The translations under genes were made by a program, and so were the position numbers. This document shows, piece after piece, positions 25,970 to 37,537 of a stretch of 64,000 nt of DNA. Source of the stretch: Eledone cirrhosa (Eukaryota); contig OZ024741.1 in the NCBI GenBank assembly GCA_964016885.1, forward strand, positions 154,380,001 through 154,444,000, read 5' to 3'. The notes under the pieces were generated by a model that saw only the letters and a list, made by a program, of their open reading frames with translations, was not told the DNA's origin and searched no databases. Positions within the stretch are counted from its first letter, which is position 1, and every line of letters begins with the position of its first letter.

Positions 25970-28180
25970 CTTTGAAAACTGATATTTTCGGGGAGAAGTG
26001 TGTCTGTAATGATGATGGTGTACTTGCCCTCACTGATACTGATAAGAAGATAGTTTGGAAGTGTCACTACGAGTCACTACTAAATGAGGAGAATAAATGG
26101 GAAAAAGATAGTCGGCCCCAAATCGATCCAGCTGTGCAAGTTAATGGTAGCATAATAAGTAAGGCAATCAAAGATATGAAGACAGGCAACGCAGCTGGGC
26201 CTTCGGATATAGTTGCTGAGATGTTGAAAGCATCTGGAATGGTGGGACATACTATGGTCACCTGCATAGTAAACGAAGTAATACAGAATGGGGTCATACC
26301 AAATGACTGGTGTAGTAGCATCATCGTTAACTGCCACAAGGTGATGCTCTAGATAGAGAACACTATAGAGGTATTAAGTTAGTTGACCAGGTCATGAAGA
26401 TCATAGACAGAGTTATTGCACAACTAATTAGAGATCGAATTGTTTTAGATGAAATACAGTTTGGCTTTGTGCCAGGTAAAAGTACCATGGATGCTCTTTT
26501 GCTTGTACAGCAAGTACAGGAGAAGTTCCTAGCTAAAAGTAAACCCTTCTCTCAGCTTTTGTTGACTTGGAGAAAGCCTTTGACAGAGTCCCCTACTCCA
26601 TTATCTGGTGGGCCCTTAGAAAACTAGGAGTAGATGAATGGCTTGTGAGAGCTATACAAACCATGTATAGAGAAACAATCAGCAAGGTTAGAATTAACAA
26701 TGAATATAGTGAAGAGTTTAGCATAAAAGTAGGTGTTCATCAAGGCTCCGACCTTAGTCCCTTCCTGTTTATTATTGCCCTACAGGCTATAACAGAGGAG
26801 TTCAATACCGGTTGCCCATAGAAACTTCTGTATACATATCATCTAACTCTTAGCTGAATCTATGGCTGAACTAGAGAAGAAATTCCAAACATGGAAGCAT
26901 GGCCTAGAATCAAAAGGCCTTAAAGTTAACTTGTCTAAGACTAAAGTTCTAGTATGTAGAAAGGAAAATAGGGCACAGGTGCCCTCTGGGAAATGGCCAT
27001 GCTCAGTGTGTAGGAAAGGAGTAGGTAGAAATTCCATTCTATGCCCCAAATGCAAACTATGGGTACATAAAAGATGTAGTGAGATCACAGGCAAGCTATC
27101 TAAGAATGTAGATTTTATATGTGGCCGATGTTCAGGTGCAATAAGTAGCAAGTGCCCACAAGAAACTAGCTCCTTCTACTGCCCAGATGGTTCTATAGCA
27201 ATAGTGGACACTTTTCATTACCTGGGTTACAAAATCAGCAGTGGTGGAGGGTGCTCTGAAAGAACAGTAGCCAGAGTTAGAACGGGATGGAAAAAGTTCA
27301 GAGAGCTAATGCTATTGTTGGCCACAAAAGGTTTCTCTCTAAAAATGAAAGGCAGATTGTATGATGTTTGTATACGAACAGCAATGTTACATGGCAGTGA
27401 GACATGGGCATTGTGTGCAGAGGACCTGCGCAGATTGGAAAGGAATGAAGCATGCATGTTCTGTTGGCTGTGTAATAGTAATATACACAAATGGTAAAAC
27501 ATAAACGAACTCAATGTGAAATTAGGAATAAGAGGGATCAGATGCTGTTTACTAGAGAGATTACGTTGGTATGGTCATGTGATGCGCATAAACGTTGACA
27601 GCTGTATAAAAAATATGCAGGGCAATCAAAATTGATGGAAGTTACGGAGTAGGTAGACCCAGAAAAACTTGGGACGACATGATAAAATCCGACCTTGCAC
27701 ACTTACACCTCTCTAAGACAATGTCACTGGATTGAGACCTTTGGCGCTACTCAGTAATACAGAAGACCCACCTTCCCTACGTACAAAGTTAAACCTACAG
27801 TCAGTAAGCACCTCTTAACCAAATATATACCCCAACCCACTACCCCTACTCCATCCTCCCACTCCCACCAACACCACTTTTTCTCTGTAAAGTTATGTTG
27901 GTACCACAGAACATCCAGTCTAAACTAAAGAGGTCATATAGGTGTCATGACAAAAAAGCACCCAGTCCATGCTGTAAAGTGGTCGTGTGGGAGACAAGGT
28001 AAAAAGGCTCCCAATCCACACTGTAAATGTGGTTGGTTTTAAAAAGGGCATCCAGCCGTAGAAAACCTGCCAGATACAGTCCTATACGAGCAAGGCATGG
28101 TCACCCGATCAATCTTGCCTCAAGTGGGACAATTCCCGTCTAATCCATGCTAGCATGGAAGATAGACGTTAAATGATGAT
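25970..28180 (+). mobile_element. 5'-truncated RTE LINE (RT, PHD-like finger, 3'UTR)
   Basis: QFGFVPGKST, DLEKAFDRVP, GVHQGS.LSP motifs; frameshifted. Confidence 0.93.
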
Positions 28181-28304
28181 ATATATATATAATGCTAGGA
28201 CTATTTTTAAAACACTCAAGGAACCAGCTAAACCGTCATAAGTATAAGCTGTTATTTTCATTTATCATTTAGTTGTTGGTGTCGAAATGTTTGTTGCCCT
28301 TTTT

Positions 28305-28500
28305 GTCACCTGGTCACTGAACCAGTCTTATTGTTGCAATGAGGCTGTGTCCACAGCCATGTTGCACTGTTTGTGACCTGGTCACTGAATCAGCCTATCC
28401 TTTGCAATGGAGATGTGTCTGTGACCATATGGAGATGTGTCAGTGACCAGGTCATTGAACCCATCTGACCGTTGTAGCAAAATTGTGTCAGTGATCAGGT
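28305..28500. repeat. Degenerate tandem repeat (gtgacctggtcactgaa..ttgcaatg..tgtgtc) x3-4
   Basis: Visible recurring motif. Confidence 0.6.
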
Positions 28501-28605
28501 TGCAAACACTGCAATAAAAATGATAAATGTAAAGTGAAGTTGTAGCATTTTTTCTGTATTTTTCAATGTCTACTTTTCAAACCCAATTTCTTTCTTTCTT
28601 TTTAG

Positions 28606-28731
28606 ATATTCCACAATTGTCCACGTCTCACTCATCTTAGCTTTGGTTGGCATTTGAATGCTGAAACTGTTGATACTTTGTCTAATTACTGTAAACACCT
28701 GAAATTAATTAATTTATCTCACTGTGATGCT
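28606..28731 (+). CDS. FBXL17: FBXL17-like exon 4 (IFHNCPRLTHLSFGW...CKHLKLINLSHCDA)
   Basis: Long polypyrimidine tract + tttag|, 126 nt, |GTAAGT donor, LRR pattern. Confidence 0.9.
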
Positions 28732-29746
28732 GTAAGTCCTTTCTTGCTCATATTACTCTATTTCAACAAACAAAATTTATGTAATTTAGAACAGCATGTT
28801 AAGTGATTTAATTTATAATTTTTATCTGTTGAGTTTTTCTTTCAATATTTCTGGAATATGCGGCTGCTATTTCTAGCATGTACTATGACATTGAAGGAAT
28901 TTGATTTTTTTCTTCCTCAAGCTATGTGTGTGTGTGTGTGTGTGTTTATATATTTATATATAAATAATGTAATGAGTGAGAGAGAGACGAACCTTGGTCT
29001 TGTCAAATACCTGGTAACCTCTTTAGGGTATCCAACCATAGAAATCATGCCAAAATATGAAACATATGCGCATGATGCAGTTATCCAACCAGATCTTGCT
29101 TTAGACTGAGATAATCCGTCTAACACATGCCAACATGAGAAGCAAACATAAAATGATGATAAATGGGTCTGAGTGATCTCATCTTGCGCTCATATGTTCT
29201 ATATTTGGCTTGATTTCTATTGCTGGATGCCTTCTTTAGCACCAAATACCTTACAGGGTGAGAGTATAGTGGATGCATTTTACTGTGGCACCAGCCCTAG
29301 AGAGGTAATCACATGCTTATTCAAACTGAATGGCCATCTCAGACCCTATATTGTCTCCAATCATCAACATAGTTGCCTCATTTACTTTTAATGTCACAGA
29401 GCTTGTACTGGTAGACAGGTCTCTTGTGTTATAGCATATCACCACTCAGCTTGGCCTGTGTCATTTGCTTCATGAGATTTAATTTCTTGAAATCATCCTT
29501 CAAAACTTCATCCCATGTCTTCCTTGGCCTTCCGCTTTCACAGATTTCATCCACTTCGTGTGCTCGGGACCTTTTTATACAATTATCATTTCCTTATACA
29601 TCACATGCCCATACCAGCACAATTGTCTCTCTTGTATGCTACATTCAATTCCTCTTATACTCAACTTTTCTATCAGTTTATTTTCTGTTGTTACACATCC
29701 AACGTAGCATGCCTGCATTATTTATATATTTTTTCTTCATCTTTAG

Positions 29747-29848
29747 GTTGACTCTGTTGCTAGGATGCTGCAGAAGTGTAAACAACTTGAAAATATCAAT
29801 CTCTCTGATTGTCCTCTTACAGATAGCCATCTCATTCACTTGTGTCAA
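29747..29848 (+). CDS. FBXL17: FBXL17-like exon 5 (VDSVARMLQKCKQLENINLSDCPLTDSHLIHLCQ)
   Basis: ctttag| acceptor, 102 nt, CAA|GTAAGT donor, LRR pattern. Confidence 0.9.
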
Positions 29849-30011
29849 GTAAGTCTCACTTTTCTTGTCTTTGTGTGTATGAGAGAGAAGGAGCAATATA
29901 AAGATTAACACTGATGTTAACACTGTGATGATGTTAAGATCATGGTGATGATATTAATACTGTGATGATGGTGGTGTTAATACTGATGATGATGATGTTT
30001 ATGTTTTGCAG

Positions 30012-30216
30012 TTACCCAACTTGAAACATGTGTATTTAAATTCCGTCAACATGACATCAACAACAGCAAAAGAAGTTGCCAAACACTGTGTACAGCTGCA
30101 GACACTGTCTCTTTGTTTTAATGACTGCGTTGATGATGGTTGCATTGATGCAGTAGTGCACAGTGCACACAACCTTAGAGTTCTCAAGTGTATAAGATGT
30201 AACATTACTGATGCAG
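30012..30216 (+). CDS. FBXL17: FBXL17-like exon 6 (LPNLKHVYLNS...LRVLKCIRCNITDA)
   Basis: ttttgcag| acceptor, ORF 30006-30254, CAG|GTAAGT donor (phase 1). Confidence 0.92.
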
Positions 30217-30449
30217 GTAAGTATCTGTTTTGTTTTATTTATCTTGCTTTATAGAATAGGCATGTGTGTCTTAAGAAGTATCTAAAAGAGTTGGCATTAG
30301 AAAGGACATCTGACTGAAACATTATTTCAAAACTATGCCAGCATGGAAAAGTGAACTTCAAAAAAAATCTGTTTGAGTCAACTCCAGGTTTTGTAATTTC
30401 ATCATCATCATCATGTAATGCCTATATCCCTACTAGCAAGGTTTGCATG

Positions 30450-32970
30450 GGGTAAAAGCTTATTACTTGATGCCTTTGACAATAAGGAAGAGCAATTAGA
30501 GACGTGCAATATAGAGGAACAGTGGCAATTCTTGAAAGTGAACCTGCTGAAAGCAACGGATGAAATCTGTGGCTGGAGCAGACCTATTGGCAGGAGGAGA
30601 GTAACTTGGTGATGGAACAGTAAGGTGGAGGAGACAATCAAGGCCAAAAAGCAGGCTTGGAAAGTATGGTAGGATGGGGGAAGTAGAGAGCACTATCAAG
30701 TGGCCAGGAGAGAAGCTAGGAGACAAGTGTACTTTGCAAAAAGGAAAGCAGAGGATAGAAAGTTCAAGCATGTTCTACAACGTGAGGTGTTCAGGATTAC
30801 TAGACAATGTGTCAAGGAAAACTGATATTGTCGGGGAGAAGTGTGTCCGTAATGATAACGGTGTACTTGCCCTCACTGATACTGATAAGAAGATAGCCCG
30901 GAAGTGTCACTACGGGAGACTTAAATGAGGGGAATAAATGGGAAAAAGATAGTCTGCCCCAAATCGATCCAATAGAAAGACCAGCTGTGCAAGTTAAAGG
31001 TAGTATAATAAGTAACGCAATCAAAGTTATGAAGACAGGCAAGGCAGCTGGGCCTTTGGAGATAGTTGCTGAGATGTTGAAGGCATCTGGAATGGTGGGA
31101 CATACTATGGTCACCCGTATAGTTAACCAAATAATACAGAATGGGGTCATAACAAAAGACTGGCGTAGCAGCAAAATTATTAACTGCTACAAGGGTAAAG
31201 GGGATGCTATAGAGGCATTAAGTTAGTTGACCAGGTCATGAAGGTCACAGAAAGAATTATAGCACAACTAATCAGAGAGCGAATTGATCTAGATGAAATG
31301 CAGTTTGGGTTTGTGTCAGGTAAAAGTACACAGACGCTTTTTCCTTGTACAACAACTATAGCTAAAAGTAAACTCGTCTACTTGGCTTTTGTAGACCTGG
31401 AGAAAGCCTTTGACAGAGTCCCCCGCTCCATTATCTGGTGGGCTCTTAAAAAACTAGATGTAGATGAATGGCTTGTGAGAGCTATACAAGCTATGTATAA
31501 AGAAACAGTCAGTAAGGTTAGAATTAACAATGAATATTGTGAAGAATTTAGTGTAAAAGTTGTTCCATCAAGGCTCTGTCCTTATCCCCCTCCTATTTAT
31601 TATTGCCCTTCAGGCTATAACAGGAGTTCAAGACCGGCTGCCCATGGGAACTCCTATACGCAGATGATCTAACGCTCATAGCTGAATCAATGGCTGAACT
31701 AGAGAAGAAATTTCAAACATGGAAGCATGGCCTAGGGTCAAAAGGCCTTAAAGTTAACTTGTCTAAGACTAAAGTTCTAGTTTGTAGAAAGGAAAATAGG
31801 GCACAGGTGCCCTCATGGAAATGCCCATGCTCAGTGTGTAGGAAAGGAGTAGGCAGAAATTCCATTTTATATCCCAAATGCAAAGTATGGGTACATAAAA
31901 GATGTGGCCGATGCTCAGGTGCAATAAGTAGCAAGTGTCCACAGGATACTAGCTCCTCCTATTGTCCAGATGGTTCTATAGAAATAGTGGACACTTTCCG
32001 TTAGCTGGGTGACAAAATCAGCAGTGGCGGAGGGTGTTCTGAAAGTACAGTAGCTAGAGTCAGAACGGGATGGAAAAAGTTCAGAGAGCTTATACCGCTG
32101 TTGGCCACAAAAGGTTTCTCTCTAAAAATGAAAGGCAGATTGTATGATGCCTGTATACGAACAGCAATGCTACATGGCAGTGAGACATGGGCATTGTGTG
32201 CAGAGGATCTGTGCAGACTGGAGAGCAATGAAGCTTGCATGCTCCGCTGGATGTGTAATAGTAATATACGTGAACGGCAAAGCATAAATGAACTAAGTGA
32301 GAAATTAGGAATAAGAGGGATCAGATGCTGTTTACTTGAGAGAAGACTACGTTGGTATGGCCACATGATGCGTATGAAAGACGACAGCTGTATAAAAAAG
32401 TGCAGGGCGATCAAAATTGATGGTAGTTACGGAGTAGGTAGACTCAGAAAATCCTGGGACGATCTGATAAATTCCGACCTTACACATTTGCACCTCTCTT
32501 AAGACAATGTCACTGGACCGAGATCTTTGGTGCGACACAGTAATACAGAAGACCCGCCTTGCCTATGTACAAAGCGAAACCTACGGTCAGTAGACACCTC
32601 TTAACCAAATATACACCCCAATCCACTACCCCTACCCTATCCTCCGACTCCCACCAACACCATCCTCTCTGTAAAGTTGGTACCACAACATCCAAATAAA
32701 TGAGATCGAGATCGAGATCGTGTAGGTGTCACAACAAAAAAACACACACGCTGTAATGTGGCCGTGTAGGTAACGGTAAAAAGTTCCCAGTTCCACACTG
32801 TAAATGTAGTTGGTGTTAGGAAGGGTATCTAGCTGTAGAAAACCTGCCAGATAGTCCTATATGAGCGAGACATGGTCACCCGACCAACCTTACCTCAAGT
32901 GGGACAACTCCCATTTAACTCATGCTAGCGTGGAAGATGGACGTTAAACGAAGATGATGAGATGATGATG
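30450..32970 (+). mobile_element. 5'-truncated RTE LINE, same subfamily as 25970-28180
   Basis: RT ORFs 30987-32502, LYADDL, shared 3'UTR. Confidence 0.93.
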
Positions 32971-33983
32971 TCACAGACCAAGTAAGTATTTAATAGAAGC
33001 TATTGACCTTTTAGAAGGACCAGTGCCCATTTCTTGTTTATATATGTTCTTGCCTTCAACAAAATGCACTGGTTGCATTTTATCATGGCACCAGCATTAG
33101 AGAGGATTCGTGTCTTTGACACAACTGAAATGTTTTCTATGGCTGGATGCTCTTTCTATCATCAACCACCGTGTATAGTATACTGGCTGCATTTTAGTGT
33201 GGCATCAGCACCAGGAGGTAGTTATGTCTTTGACACAATTGAAGAGACCCTTTGTTTGACAAGTTTTCTATATCTGGATACCCTTCCTCTCACCAACCAT
33301 TTTACACTATATTGGGTGCTTTTTTATTGTGGTACCTGCACTGCTATTTTACAGCATCTACTGTGTGGATTTTATCATGGCACTAGCACTACCACTTCCC
33401 AATTGAAATGGGTGCATTTTATCTTTTCACCAACACTAAAGAGATTTTCTAAATTCTTAATAGGACAAAAGAGTCCTCTCCGTGCCATGATGTCTCAATT
33501 TGTTCATTTCAGCTTCCTGCATAGTTGGCTTTGCTGCTCATCCATAACACTTTTGATATCAACCCACCCAAAATTACCTCTGGTTCTATGGAATAATTCA
33601 ATAAAATTATTATTTAAATTAAAATCTTCCAATATAATTTTATACAAAACTTTTTTGTTATTTTACAAATGCTATCTTCTTTGTTGAAATAATTTTAGTA
33701 CATCCTTCCAAATTCTTCATTGATTAATTTATCAGAAATATGGTAATGAAAAGGGTTAAGGGTTGATCAAATAAGTAGCAGTCAAGAATTAGAGTAGAGT
33801 CAACTATATCCCTCCAAAAATGTGTAGCTCTGTAGAACAACCATCATTGTAAAGCTATTTACCCTGCTGAAGGAAGAGTTAACCTTGCAACTCCTGTTGG
33901 TTATGTCTAATATTATTGATATTGTTATTGCCTTAAATTTTCTCAGTTTCCTTTCTATATTTCTGTTTAATTCTGTATTTCAG

Positions 33984-34243
33984 CACTGACGGCTATTGGG
34001 AAACACAGTCGTAAACTGGAACAACTTGATGTTAGTTTCTGCAGCAACATAACTAATAAAGGAGTCAGCTTTGTGTCTGAAAACTGTAGCAGACTTGTCT
34101 TCTTGGGTCTCTTCTCCTGTGAGAAAGTGGAGTCAGCTTTCCTCTTTCAATTACAGAATGACTGCCCCCATATCCGTATTTATTGTTTTGAACTGGAGTA
34201 CAAAAGTCTCATTGACCGAATCAACGAAGAAGAACGATTTTGA
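33984..34243 (+). CDS. FBXL17: FBXL17-like terminal exon 7 (ALTAIGKHSRKLEQLDVSFCSNITNKGV...CPHIRIY...EEERF*)
   Basis: tttcag| acceptor in phase 1, TGA at 34241-34243; parallels the FBXL17 C-terminus (ALIAIGRYS..VDVGWC..ITD..LGLMRC..YPHI) as I recall it. Confidence 0.9.
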
Positions 34244-34492
34244 TGGAGACTCTACATTAGATTTGCATTCAGTGGGACACCAAATCATAAGGCCATGGAT
34301 TTGATTCCTGGACTGAGCAGTGTGCTGTTGTTATTGAGCAAGATGCTTTGTTTCACATTGCTCCTGTCCACTCAGCTGGGGGAGTTAACCCCTGAAATAG
34401 ACAGGCATCCAGTATGTGAGTCCTTTCCTGATAGGACTGGGAGCTATATTATTAAAACACCCAAGAAACCTCCTTTGAGATAACCTGGTAGG

Positions 34493-34927
34493 AGGCCAGC
34501 TAAATCTAGAGGTGTGAGCTGTAACAACAGTAACCTCATTGGAGGCCAGTTAAACCTACATAGGTGTGAGCTATTACAACAATGTAGTAGGCCAGCTAAA
34601 CCTACATAGGTTTGAGCTGTTGTAACACCAAGAGGCCAGTTAAATCTACATAGTTGTTGCGACAATATAAGAGACTGGCTAAACCTACATAGGGGTGAGC
34701 TGTTACAACAGCCTCAATGGAGACCAGCTAAACCTACATAGGGGTGAGCTGTTACAACAGCCTCAATGGAGACCAGCTAAACCTACATAGGTATAAACTG
34801 TAAGTAGTAGGCCAGCTAAACTTACATATGTTTAAGCTGTTACCAACACGAGTCCAGTTAAATTTATATAGTTGTTAGCTGTAACAACAATATGAGAGAC
34901 CAGTTAAACCTACATAGGTGTGAACTT
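34493..34927 (+). repeat. ~40-50 bp minisatellite x10 (ggccagctaaacctacataggtgtgagctg) in the tail of a SINE-like element downstream of the stop codon
   Basis: Ten visible units; antisense relatives at ~62318-62450. Confidence 0.85.
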
Positions 34928-35085
34928 TAATGCCACCACAAAATTATAAGAAATTCCTTGCCTTCACCTGTGATATATTAAAATCTATGTATTTATTACT
35001 GTTTGTTTTTTCTTTGTTTAAATGAATTGTTATTTGTTCTTTTTGTTGTTCCCCTATTTTCTGTTTACAATAGGTATGTTGTATT

Positions 35086-35280
35086 CCTGTATATATCTGG
35101 TTTACAGTAGATACACTGTATCCTTGTGTGACTGGTTTACAATAAGTACACATCCTTGTGTGTATCTGGTTTAAAATAGGTACACTATGTCCCTATGTGT
35201 ATCTGGTTTAAAATAGCTACACTGTGTCCCTATGTGTATCTGGTTTAAAATAGCTACACTGTGTCCCTGTGTATATCCTG
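35086..35280. repeat. ~37-bp tandem repeat x5 (atgtgtatctggtttaaaatagctacactgtgtccct)
   Basis: Direct inspection. Confidence 0.85.
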
Positions 35281-35689
35281 TGAGATCTTTTATTTTGTTT
35301 TTCATAAATTCATATAAGTTGTCTTATCTAACTGGCAGTAAAGAGGATAGTTACCTGAAACTGCCACAGCTGACAGACCAAAGTGACATGCACTACTTAG
35401 ACAAAAGGCCTTAATCAAAACAAAAATTCACTTGGATCATATTTGTTTCACACTTAATGAAATCTCATTTCAACTAACCTTGTTTAACTTTAACCTTTTT
35501 GTAATCATGTTTCTAATGAAATGTAATGTATTTAAATAATTTGGAGAAGTTTACTAAAATTATTATTTCATTATTAAGATGGTGTCAGGTGCTATCAAGA
35601 CCTCCAGTGTCTTTAATCCCCTCACTGTCATTTTCTTCCATAAAATCAGGAGTGCATCCTACTTGAGAAAGAAGAGGTGTGGTGGCTGA

Positions 35690-36123
35690 TGTAACTTTAG
35701 GCGGGGCGATGGTCGTCAGTCATCCCGTCTAATTAATAATTGTTTACTGGCACATAGTCAAACAAGGAAGAAGGAACATACCTCAATTTTATGTTATAAA
35801 AACATTTTTAATAGGAGCAATTACAGAATATATACAAATACATTAGTGCTCCTAGGTTGGGATATATTTAAGTCGTCATATACTGCCGCATGGTGTGATG
35901 TCATTCTTTGGATTACTGCAAAGAGGTAGCACGATAGAGATAGCATGTTTATTGTCTCCGAGCTCTCATTGTCCAAGTGTTATTGTCTCAGCTACTGACG
36001 TCAGAACTAAGGGCAGTTAATCGACGCTAGATGGCGTGATCTTTTAACTGGTTCTCCACAGCAATGCTTTCTCCCTCTAGGGTGCAGCTGAGATATACTG
36101 TCCAGCTAAAGGTGTAGTTTACA
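35690..36123 (-). mobile_element. Probable LTR inserted within a MITE
   Basis: Minus strand TGTAAAC...GTTACA termini preceded by purine tract agagaagaggggagggg. Confidence 0.45.
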
Positions 36124-37537
36124 CCCCTCCCCTCTTCTCTTTATTTTTTCTTATTTCATTCTATTTCTATCACTCCCACCCCACTCAGCAAAAGATTCTT
36201 ATATAAAAATATGTTGGAAGATTTTTCTTTAAATAGGAGCCATTTAAAATGAGAGGTTCTTCTTCTTAGATCCAGAACCAGTTTTTAGAGGATTAGTGTC
36301 AAAAGGATTAAACAAGCATATGGTTTATTCAATTTGTTTTGATATATAATCTTATTTCTTAAATATCTTCATGTACCTTTTTACAACTCTTCCACTACTT
36401 TTAAAGGTAGTGTGATGCAGCTATTTCTCAAGGGAAAGTGAGATTTTTGTCTACAGGCAAGAATCAAAACCTTGACCTTCAATTTTATACTTCATAACTT
36501 GTTTAATGTTTGGTATTTTTGTCTGCAAGTGAGAATTGAAACTTTGCCCCCTTCAAATTTCGGTTTTGTTCCATAATTTTTTCCAAAAATTTAAGTTATC
36601 TGCAAGAATCAAAACTTTGACCTTCGAATTTTTTATTCTTTCTTCATAAATCCAAATAAGTTACCTACAAAACTCTTCAAAAAGTGGATTGTCACTTTCT
36701 CAATCTGTTTTGTTTTCTTCAGTTCAACATTGTGTTTTTTATTGCTAGCTTAACTCAAAACAAACTCACTTGAAATCAATTATTTAACTACATTATCGGA
36801 AAACTGTGGAGATTGTATCAGGTTGACATTGTCAAAAAAAATCATTTCACAAATCATTAACAACACCCTACAACTAATAATAACCATACAACGAGAAGGT
36901 ACTAAAATCGTGTTCAGATCATTTCAATTCACCTTGAAATTGTCAAAAACTTAAGATTCAGCTACAAATATATTTAAACTGTTTCTCACATTTTTCAAAT
37001 CTTCTAGCATGTTTCTAAAGATCAGCATAAAAAAAGTAACTGACTTTGAAGTTTCAGCTTTATCTCATCATCTGGCAGCCAGATGAAGTGACCAAGCTGA
37101 AACTTCAAAGTCACTACCACTTTTCTAATTAGGAAATAAATTAATATAAATGTGGTTGGCATTAAGAAGGGCATCCAGCTGTAGAAACCAAGCCAGAAAC
37201 AGATCCGTATGAGCAAGACATGGTCACCTGACCTGGCATTTCTGACAACAGGACAACTCGTCTAATCCATGCTAGTGTGGAAAGATGGACATTAAACGGT
37301 GATGATTATATATATATAAAACCATGACTATTAACTGCTCTTATGTAAACAAAGTGATACCAATCCAACATTATTCACAAGCTTAAACATACTGTCTACA
37401 CCTAAACTCAAATTGCCAGATACAAAGCACTAGATATAAAATAAAATAAATCTTGTCTTTTAGAAACATCCCCAGCATAGCAACAATCATATGCCTCCAT
37501 GCATATAAACACACACATACAATTATTTGTATACATT

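Noticed and set aside
25970-32970. Possible segmental duplication within the F-box gene
   Set aside because: Similarity is confined to RTE sequence, with different 5' truncation points and unrelated flanks: independent insertions
33034-33687. 217-aa ORF in FBXL17-like intron 6
   Set aside because: Made of antisense SINE/RTE 3'UTR subrepeats and a MITE; no domain or splice support
34493-34927. CRISPR-like repeat/spacer appearance
   Set aside because: Eukaryotic context, degenerate repeats, spacers related to each other, no cas genes; it is a minisatellite
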